From NCBI GenBank assembly GCA_048213135.1, contig PS015060.1, positions 57,835 through 107,232 on the forward strand: a DNA stretch of 49,398 nt. Direction: 5' to 3'. Both the position numbers and the translations under genes were made by a program. This DNA comes from Reclinomonas americana ATCC 50394. Taxonomy: Eukaryota. Every line of letters starts with the position of its first letter. Position 1 is the stretch's first letter. This document shows positions 40,052-49,398 of the stretch, piece by piece. A model generated the notes under the pieces. It was not told the DNA's origin. It saw only the letters and a program-made list of their open reading frames with translations, and did not search any database.

Positions 40052-40389
40052 AACAATTACGCGTCCTGCTGAGTTTGTGGATCTTGGGGAAGTGACCAAG
40101 AGTCGAGGATCTGCGCTACGATGGTCGCTGAGTATACCATAGCAAGGCGACGTAGAGGAAGTCTCGGTACATGGGGAGAGAATGTCGACGTCGACGTTCA
40201 CGCAAGCATATGCAACTGAATTCGAAAGGCGCAGTGCCAGCGAGGGGCGCATAAGAGTGCAAGGCAATGCGCGGTAACAACGTAAGAAAAGAGGAAAGCG
40301 CTTGTGCAAGGGTGTGAAAGTGAAGTTGGTCGGACATTTTGCTCGACGTCGCATATTGGTTGTTCAGAGAGAGAAGAGAACGAACGAAG

Positions 40390-40422
40390 ATGAGCAGGTG
40401 GAACCCATCGAATCCCTCTGTC

Positions 40423-40458
<36 letters not shown>

Positions 40459-40692
40459 TGTGTGAGTGAGTGCAAGAGAAAGACACTCTCATTGACACGT
40501 GTCTCACACTCTCTCACTCACTCTCTCTCTCTCTTGCAGCTCTTGAACCGTGAGCTGGCGCAGTTGCAGAAGGAGCCCAGGTGAGTCATGCAAAGAGAGA
40601 GAAAAGAGATGTTGCGTCATTGATGTGTGTGTGATTGAACTGACACGTGTTTGTGTGTGCAGTGAGCTGTTCGTTGCTGGGCCGCTGGAGGT

Positions 40693-40741
<49 letters not shown>

Positions 40742-41024
40742 AGAGAGAGAAGGAAGGAGGAGGAGAGAGGAGGAAGGAAGGAGAGAGACGTAGAGTAGAC
40801 GACGTACGAGTAGTTGTGTACGTTTAGTTAGTCGGTCCCGTTCGTTCGTTCCTCTACCACACACACACACACACACNNNNNNNNNNNNNNNNNNNNNNNN
40901 NNNNNNNNNNNNNNNNNNNNNNNNNNGACGGAGGGAGGAGGAGAAGACGACGACACACGAGAGAGAGAGAGAGAGAGAGAGACACACACCTCCTCTCTCT
41001 CTCTCTCTCTCTCTCTTCTTCTCA

Positions 41025-41058
<34 letters not shown>

Positions 41059-41460
41059 AGCACAGGAAGGGAGAGAGAAGCACGCACAGAGTGAGGAAAC
41101 ACAGACTCTCTCTCCCTCCCTCTCCCTCTCTATCTCTCTCCGCGCACGCACACACACACACAAAGACTCTCTCTCCCTATCTCCCTCTCCCTCTCCCTCT
41201 CTCTCTCCCCCCTCTCCCTCCCTCTCTCCACACACACACGCGCACAATGACCCACCCCCGCCTTCACTCCTCAAGCTGTCCCTTTTCCCACTCACTTTTT
41301 TCTCTTTCCAGGAGGACTTGTTTGAGTGGCACTTTACGCTGCATGGACCGGAGGGAAGTGACTTTGAGGGCGGTGTGTATCACGGGAGGTTGACGTTGCC
41401 GACGGATTGGCCGTATCATCCGCCGGATATCTACTTCTTGACGGTGAGGTGGAAAGGGGA

Positions 41461-41548
<88 letters not shown>

Positions 41549-41769
41549 GTACGTACGACGACGACGACGACGACGACGTACGTACGAGTACGAGAGGACG
41601 GAGGACGGTACGACGGACGACGTACGGTACGTACGNNNNNNNNNNNNNNNNNNNNNNNNNNNNNNNNNNNNNNNNNNNNNNNNNNNNNNNNNNNNNNNNN
41701 NNNNNNNNNNGCGCGTCGTCGACGCGTACGTACGTACGTACGTACGTACGTACGTACGTACGTACGTAC

Positions 41770-41828
<59 letters not shown>

Positions 41829-43426
41829 AGGCGTGAAGGACCGAGAAGACTAAGAAGTCAGTCCATGCAGACACGCGCGTGTAAATGACAGATGGAGGGC
41901 GAGACGAGCAGCGGTCAACTTCCTTGCAGACACGCGCGTGTAAATGAGGAGGGGCGGGGAAGAGTCTGGGCTGAAGAGCGGTGTGTTGCAAGGGAGGGCA
42001 GGAGACCAGCTTGCCTTCTGAGAGCGAGAAGACGTTTGCTCATTCACAGTGAGAGGGACCACTCTTTTCATTTTCGTCTCACCCTCTTCCCGCACAGCCA
42101 AACGGCCGCTTCGAGCTCAACCAGAAGATCTGCCTGAGCATCACGTCGTATCACCCCGAGTCGTACCAGATTGTCACCATTGTTGCGTTTTCCCTCCTTC
42201 GCCGATCTCCGCTGCCTCTGCTTACCCCCCTTTCCCTTCCTGCAGCGACAAGTGCTGGAGGCGCTGTACGTGCACTTCCTCGAGGAGGGGCAGGGTGCGA
42301 TTGGCGCGCTCAATGCGCCGCCGGAGCGGCGACGCGAGCTGGCGCTGCAGAGCTGGGACTGGACGTGCGACAAGTGTCAGTGCTGCAATGCGGAGCTGCT
42401 GCCACCGCGGCCGCCAAAGGAGGAGGGGGCGGGAGCGCGAGCGGGAGATGGAGCAGTTGCGGGAGGGGGGATTGGGGGGTTAGGGGGGAAGGGATTTCTT
42501 TTGCAGAACGTGTTTTTGCGATATGTCGTCCCTCTCGCTGTGGTTGTCTCACATGTTCTCTTTTGTTTCCCACACCTTTCTCCTTCGTCAGTCGTTCCTT
42601 GCACTATTACGTCGCATTCGATTCTGTTCCCTATACACGCCTCTTTCCCCACACCTTTCTCCTTCGTCAGTCGTTCCTTGCGCTGTGTCGTCGCATTCGG
42701 TTCTGTTCCCTATCCACGCCTCCTTTCTGTTTTTTCGATACACCAGCGGCCTTCCGAGGATTCTCGTATTTCATGGGAAAGCCTTTCTTCTCCAGTGTCA
42801 GTTGCTCTCTCTCTCTCTCGCTCTCGCTCTCTTGTGCAAGCACACGCACACACTCTCAAACACAGCAAACTATCCAATCTGTCTGTTGTCTCCCCCCTTC
42901 CTCCTTCTCCTCTGCCTCCCACAGCCTTTTTCAATGTTCTCGCTCTCTCTGTCTCTAATACCCTTCTCCCCCTCGTTTCCCCTCGCAGCCACGCCCTCCA
43001 TCCGCCCCCACCTCACCACCGCCGGCCGCCCCGGCGCCGACTGCCGCCACCGCGACCCCTCCCGCCGCCGCTCCGCCTCGCAGAGTGCCTCCTCCTCGGT
43101 GCGTCTGTCTTCCTTATGCGCTCCCTTCTTATCCTCTTCTCACATTCCATTCGCGCAGATCCCCCGACGTGGTTGCCGGTGCCGCAGCACCTGCGCCACC
43201 CGCTGCTGCTGCTGCTACCACCACCGCCACCACCGCGGCGGCGAGGGGCGCCTCCGCCACCTCGGCCGCCGATGCCGAGCTGGAGAAGCAGGTCGTGTTG
43301 CCGCCGATGCGCTCGGTGATGCGCACGCTGTTCCCCTCAAAGTTCGACACGCTGATTCTGCTGGTGGCGACGGTGGTGGCGCTGTTGTTCTATCAGAAGG
43401 CGCTGCGTATGCATTGGACGCAGTGA
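40390..43426 (+). CDS. UBE2J1: Tail-anchored ubiquitin-conjugating enzyme UBE2J1/Ubc6-like, 8 exons
   Basis: MSRWNPSNPSVKLL...GPLEEDLFEWHFTLHGPEGSDFEGGVYHGRL...FLTPNGRFELNQKICLSITSYHPE (catalytic Cys), GAIGAL..ERRRELA..WTCDKC, Pro/Ala linker, C-terminal hydrophobic anchor LILLVATVVALLF. Confidence 0.92.
42568..42722 (+). repeat. About 79-bp imperfect direct duplication in a UBE2J1 intron
   Basis: cccacacctttctccttcgtcagtcgttccttgc...gtcgcattcg.ttctgttccctat.cacgcctc occurs twice. Confidence 0.85.
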
Positions 43427-44791
43427 TGAGGGTGGGGGTGAAGAGAGTGAAGAGAAAGAGATGGGTTGTTGTGTGGTTGTAAATTGCTGGAGTACACCAA
43501 CAGCCTAACACGAGAGGCCCGAGTTTAGGGTCTGTGCATTTCCTGCACCGATTACAGATCAACACGAATGCGGACCAGGCTCTGCTCGTAACAGTGAACC
43601 ACCACCAAACAAGCAACAGCTGCCTTGATGACCAAGTCCAACCATTTCCAAACGCAGACACCAGTCTTGAGGTAGCGGCAGGTTTTCTTGTGTCTCTGTT
43701 GCAGAAGTGATTTTAGCACTGTGGCAGCCACTGACCGTTGGCCGCACAGTAAGAGATGAGAAGACTGACGGGTTACTTGGTGACGCTGACTCGGACATGC
43801 CGGCGATATTGAAATTACGGTACGTTTCTTCAGTGCCGCACGGCCCTCATATTCACTCATCGCTCTTCTTTGTACTCCTTACGGCAGTAACTGCTGACAC
43901 TGGCTCTGCTTGCACGCAACCAGCATGTCTTGCACGTTCTTCCCCTCCACCGCCACCACTGTACATAATGACGACGACAACATCAACATTGTGTCTGTGG
44001 TCAACGTCGTCTTCAACCCTGAGTCCTCTTGTTTCTCACTGTGCGGCCACCGGTCAGTGGCTATCACGGTGTTTGAAATCACTGATGCGACAACAATGAC
44101 AACAACAACAACAACAACAACAACTGCGCCCACCACCAGCCACCACCGATATGAGCCTCACCAACAACATGACAAGCTCTTGTGTTTCAACCACTCCACA
44201 CCACCACTGCTTTTGCTTTGCCTGCTTCACGGATCCGGACCCNNNNNNNNNNNNNNNNNNNNACTCTTCTTTTGCTCTTGGGAAAGATGCCCCCGTCTTA
44301 TTGGTGACTGGTCGTTCACTAGTGGAAATTGTCCCAATTTCCAGATAATACTTGATCGTGACTTTTTTGCACAAAACTGCAGGCGTTCCTCTCGCGGCAC
44401 ACAACCACATGCAACACGCCTCCGCTCTCCACTGCACTCCACCGAATACCACACTTTTCAAGAAAAACCAGTTACTCGGAATCTTTTCAGTTTTAATTTT
44501 TGGACAAAACCTTGTCGCCATGGCAATAACCCTTCTTCACCCTCTCTTTACGTATCCCTCCTCTCTCTCTCTCACACACACACACACTCTCCACCCCAAC
44601 CATCTCTCCAAAAAAGGAAGTTGCATAGTCAATGCGTCAACGCAGTACACGTCGACTTGGGACGGTTGTCCAGTCCTCCATTCCACAACTCAGTTTCCAG
44701 TATAATCCTTTCACTTGCTTTGAAGAGCAGAGGCAAAGTGCCCTCTTCCTTCTCATAGTCTCTCTGGTCTTTCCTTTGTTTTCTTTGACCC

Positions 44792-47182
44792 ATGACACCA
44801 AAGAGCACCACAGCCCTTGTGCTGCTCGCCGGCGTGCTTCTCCTCATCGCCATTGTCGCTGAGGCGAACAGCGCCCGCCACCAACACCAACACCGCCGCC
44901 ACCACAACGACGACGACGACTTTGACGACGCTCTCTTCCGTCTCAACCACCGCCGCTGGACCGGCCGCAACCAGCACCACCACCGCAAGTCCTCTGCGTC
45001 CCACGGCAGCCGCAGCCATGGCCGCCGCAGCCGCAGCCACAGCCACAACAGCCACAGCCACAGCCACAGCCACCACTGGCCGCTGACTGCACCAGTGACT
45101 GTGCTGGTCGCCTCCTCGAACGCCACGGGTGGTTCGTCCCAAGTCTTTTGCGCCCAAAATCGGTTAATTTTCCGTTTCTCCTTTTCGACTCACACCTCTT
45201 ATTGCAGCGTCCTCGGTCAAGACGTCGACTTGCGAGGGCTTTTCTGCGACGCTCACCTGCAAGGGTGGCCTGGTGCTGTCTGTCACCAAGGCGGCGTACC
45301 GCCCGGCCAACTTTGGCGAGTGCGGTGTGGCCGATTTGGCCTTCTACACGCCGTATGGCCTCTCGTCGCGCGTCGGCAGTGCGCTGGAGCACCTCACTGG
45401 TCACCACCACCACCACCGCAGCCGCAGCCACAGCCACAGCCACAGCCACAGCCACAGCCATGGTGGCCTGTGGCACTCGCCGCTGGGCTTCAGCTACAAC
45501 CACCACCACGCGGCTGCGCGCCACCACGCGCACGCCCGTCCGCCGGTTGTCCCGAGCACGCTGTGCCCGGCGATTGATGCCACTGCGCGTCTGCAGGGCA
45601 AGTGCAACGGCCAGGCGTCGTGCTTGGAGAGCACCCTGAGCATCACCAAGAACTGCCCGCTGTCGTCGCCGTTTATTCTCGAGATCGAGTACGGCTGCGG
45701 ATTGCCGCAGGGCAATGGCGGCACTACGCCGACGACCCCGACGACTCCGACCACGCCGACGGATCCGCGCAGCAACTGCACCAAGGGCACGCCCAAGTGC
45801 CGTTGCCACTGGACGGCGACTGGACTGCTGTGCCTGCGCAGCAAGAGCAAGTCGCACAGCCACTCGCACAGCCACAGCCACTCGCGCAGCCACCCGCGTG
45901 CGGTGGTGCACACGCGCCTGCACAAGCGCCGCAGCAGCCACAGCCACTCGCACAGCCACCACCAGCGCGTCAAGCCGCTGTTCCGCTCGCCGTACCTGTC
46001 GGGTCTCCCGCGCAGCCACAGCCACAGCCACAACTTGCCCGCGCTGGTGCACAAGCGCGGACACGCTCACGCTCATGGCCACAAGCACGGCCACGCGTAC
46101 GCGCCCGCTCATGCCTTTGCGCATGCGCACAAGCACCGTCATGCCAGCCACGTGCACCCGCAGGTGGCTGCTTGGCCCGCGCCGGCTCATGGCGTGACCC
46201 GCGACTCGGCGTGCCCGACGCTCAGCGCCAGCCTCCAGTGCCCGGCCGGCCGCCACGTGCAGGTCAAGCAGGCTCGTCTGCGCCCGGCTAGCCCGTCGGA
46301 CGGATGCGCTGCGTCTCCCCACGCGCACAGCCACTCGCACAGCCACTCGCACAGCCACAGCCACAGCTTCAGCCATGGCCACGGCCGTCGCCACTTTGCG
46401 CACGCTCACCGCCGCAGCAGCAACAGCCACGGCGCTCGCTGCCGCATCGCCGTCGACATTACCAACCAGCTGAAGCAGCGCTGCAGCGGCCAGCACCAGT
46501 GCTGGGTGCGCTCGGACACCTTCAACAGCACCAAGTGCGCCAAGAAGCAGGTGGTCGAGGTGGACTACTCGTGCTCGCCCGGTGAGTCTTTCCACCACCT
46601 TCTCTGCTTGTATGTTGTCTCGATGCTCACTCTCCCCTTTTTCTTTCAGCTCCCCGCCCGCATGTGCCTGCTCCTCGCCACTACCCGCAGCCTCCTCGCT
46701 ACCCGGCCCCGCACTTCCCGCAGTACCCGCCGCAGCAGCCACACCTGCCCCCGTTCCCGCAGCAGCCGTACTTCCCCAACTTCCCGGCCTTCCCGCAGCA
46801 GCCGTACTTCCCCAACTTCCCCACCTTCCCCCAGCCGCCGTACTTCCCGGCCCCGCCGGCCAACCCCAACCCTGCCCCGCAGCAGCCTGGCGCGCAGTAC
46901 CTGCAGCGCGTGCGTGCTTGCGGTGGCAACGTGGTGACCGCCGCCTGCCGCGATGGTGGCTCGCTGGTGGTGCTGAGCGCCACGGTGCGCGCGGCCAACT
47001 CGACTGACGGCTGCCCTGTGCCGCCGGCCGGCCAGTGCGCGGCGGTGAACGACGTGACGGCGCCGGTGAAGCAGAAGTGCGATCGCAGCACCAACTGCAC
47101 GGCATCGCTCAACGACTACGAGGGCGGCAACTGCTCCACCACCCGCGTGCTGGAGATTAGCTACTGGTGCCCGTCGGTGTAA
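44792..47182 (+). CDS. Secreted His/Ser-rich protein with three SUEL (galactose/rhamnose-binding lectin)-like domains and a Q/P/F/Y repeat; exons 44792-45131, 45208-46581, 46650-47182
   Basis: Signal peptide MTPKSTTALVLLAGVLLLIAIVAEA. Three 8-Cys units such as CEG..LTC..LSVTKAAY..C..C..LQGKCNGQASC..C..LEIEYGC. (SH)n tracts and QQPYFPNFP repeats. Splice phases are consistent. Confidence 0.8.
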
Positions 47183-47565
47183 GCCGCGCGCGCCAACCGC
47201 TCTTGCTGTTTCTTTGTTCTTTCTGTATGCATTTTTTGTTGTTGCCAAGGTTGTTTTGCTGGTGGGAGTATGAGAGCAAGAGGTGGTGATTATTTTTGCG
47301 AGGGCCACTGAGGTCTTTTGTGTGTTGCACTTTTTTGATGATTTGATTTTCCGAGTGTATTATGTTGTTGCGATTACATGGCGAAGGGGGGAAGGGTGAG
47401 GGCGAGGATGATATGCAATAGCCAAGAGAATCAAAACCAAGTGGGCGCACCGGAGGATTCACTTGTCCCTCGGAGGATCATTTTTTCCGTCCTCGCACGA
47501 CAGTGTCGTCATGCTCGTGTACACCCACTACTATTTGTTTTCATCCCGCACGCCAACACCACACC

Positions 47566-48017
47566 ATGGTGAGACATCGCTACTCTTGTTGTTTGCATCA
47601 TGCAGCTCCCACTAACGCACTCTCTCCCTCCAGTCGTACCAGCGCACTGAGCAGTCGAGCAAGGATTCCCCCTCGGGAACCGAGTTCACTCGCACGGAGA
47701 AGGTCGTGCAGCCGGGCGAGCGCTACGAGTCGAGCATCTCGGAGCAGCGCGTGGGCGAGGACACTCGAGGAGTGACGGAGAAGATTTCCGACGCGGCCTC
47801 GAACGTGGCGCACAAGGTGAAGGACTGGGCGTCGTCAGCGTTTGGCAGCGGCACCGACACCACGGGCACCACGGGCACCACGGGCACCACGGGAACCACG
47901 GTTGGTACCACGGGAACCGGCAGCACGCTGCTCGGCCAGGGCGCGGCGGCGACAGGCATCGAGAAAAAGACGACGGAGCAACGCACCACCACCAGCGTGA
48001 ACTACCCGTCGACTTGA
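47566..48017 (+). CDS. Small hydrophilic Thr/Gly-rich protein, LEA/hydrophilin-like; exon 1 codes only the ATG
   Basis: ATG|GTGAGA...CAG (intron 47569-47633) joins in frame to SYQRTEQSSKD...VTEKISDAASNVAHKVKDWASS..(TTG)n; TGA 48015-48017. Confidence 0.7.
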
Positions 48018-48167
48018 GCGGCGGTCGCGAGCGGAGGAGGAGAAAGAGGAGACGCAGCGTCATCAGAGCACCATTGTGAATAGGGCGAGAAAGAGAGAGC
48101 GATGAAAGCGTGCTGCTGCTGCTGCGTCTCGAAAAAACCCCTGCTGACACTGCCTGCCGGCGTTCAC

Positions 48168-49247
48168 TTACGGCTTCGGCACCGGTGAAATGTCTTGCGT
48201 GGCGCGCACGGCGCCCTTGGCCACCAAGTAGTTCACCAGCTTGGTAATGTCTTCTTCAGTGCCCGTCAAACGCGAGTAATGGTCGGCCATGGCCTCCTGC
48301 TTGGTGAATGCGAGGGCGTCGTCCGTCGATTGCACCAGCGATGCGTGGTACACGACAACCTGCGTCGGACTCGCCGAGTACAACACGGTCTCTGTGGGGG
48401 AGGCGGGAGAGTGAGAGAGGGAGAGAACAAGGGAAAGAGAGAAAGGGTGTGACGCAAGCGAGAGAGAGAGAGAGAGAAAAGGGAAAGAGAGACGCGAGAT
48501 GGAGGCAGGCGGAGCGAGAGAGAGAGACAAGGGAGACAGAGTGAGTGAAACTGAGAGGCAGAGAAGGAGAAAGAGAGACAGAATGAGCGAGAAGAGAGGA
48601 ACAGCGACAAACAGAGAGAGCAATCGTGAGCAGGGTTGGCAAGAGACGAGCGACGGAGTGAACGAAAAGACACAGACAAACAGACAGATAGAAAGACAGG
48701 CAGGCAGAAAGAGAGAGAGAAGACGAAGAAGAAGAAGAAGAAGAAGAGAGGCAGAGAGAAAGGAACACAGAAGGAGAGAATAGCGGCGAGGAGGGTTGAC
48801 AAGTAAAGAGGGCGCAACTATTGATGATCCTGCGTTGAGCGGGGCGATTAGTGAGCACGTCGACCAGCATGCTGGCGGTCTTGGGCACCGTGTCGGACGT
48901 GACCACAAACGCCGACTTGAATCCCTCAAACTTGTTCTTCTTCGGGTCGGCCTTGGCACGCTTCCAATCCGCCGGCTTCCACCTGAACGACATCAATCAG
49001 AGTCTGCGCATATGAGAGAGAGACAAGACTGCTTTCTGCATAAAAACCAACCATGTCAACCGATCATACGATACGCCTTCGATATCCACTGTGGTCGCCA
49101 CATACGTGAACTTTTCACGTGCGCTCCACTTGAACTTGGGCGACGGGCCATTTGCGCACTTGAGAACGTATGGATTCTCCCATTTCTCCCTCTCCACTGT
49201 CACCTCCAGCTCGCCAGCAGTCAGCGGGAAGCTCTCAAGAGGAGCGA
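48168..49247 (-). CDS. Protein of unknown function, last three exons; 5' part lies beyond the window
   Basis: Phase-consistent exons about 49247-49052, 48982-48819 and 48391-48168 with non-repetitive coding-like sequence, ending in TAA. Confidence 0.7.
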
Positions 49248-49398
49248 CTGATTGCAAGAGACAAGTAAGAGAGAGAGAAGGGCGGGTCTTTTGCGCAGAC
49301 TCTCTCTTTCGCTCTCTCTCTCTCCTCTCCCCATTCTGTCTCGTGTCACATTCTCTCTTTCTCTCTTCTTCTTCTTCTTCTCCTTCTCCCTCTCTCTC

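Noticed and set aside
38285-40354. 689-aa ORF with a long hydrophobic L/S/C stretch resembling a membrane protein
   Set aside because: It reads through a CT-rich intron of ATAD5; only the flanking parts are exons.
41546-41772. (TACG)n/(GAC)n repeats flanking gaps, also around 40790-40860
   Set aside because: They sit next to N runs after long dinucleotide tracts and follow the TACG flow order of pyrosequencing, so they are probably low-quality read tails.
43500-44780. Short ORFs and an (ACA)n tract between UBE2J1 and the lectin gene
   Set aside because: No coherent exon chain, domain or terminal repeats found; treated as intergenic.
44943-47105. 720-aa minus-strand ORF, and likewise 741-2117, 5050-6189 and 12469-13506
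   Set aside because: Antisense shadows of GC-rich coding exons with no recognisable domains.

Overview
Gene-dense, intron-rich, GC-rich eukaryotic (probably protist) nuclear DNA with five N-gaps and many microsatellite-expanded introns. Genes were reconstructed by hand-splicing exons. In order: a 5'-truncated P1B-1 Cu(I) ATPase with at least 14 HMA domains (+), DBP5/DDX19 (+), Nup54 (-), PSMD9/Nas2 (+), Tctex-type dynein light chain (-), DHX37 (-), a secreted FnIII/NHL/cadherin/PAN protein (+), ATAD5/Elg1 (-), UBE2J1-like E2 (+), a secreted His-Ser-rich SUEL-lectin protein (+), a small LEA-like hydrophilin (+) and a 5'-truncated unknown gene (-). The most striking pattern is in splicing. By hand count about 21 of roughly 110 introns start with a one-base-shifted donor, GTTG(C/A)G, usually followed by T and mostly after a non-G exon end. 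At least four more introns are GC-AG. No RNA genes, CRISPR arrays or transposases were recognised. All models are inferred without RNA data or database searches.
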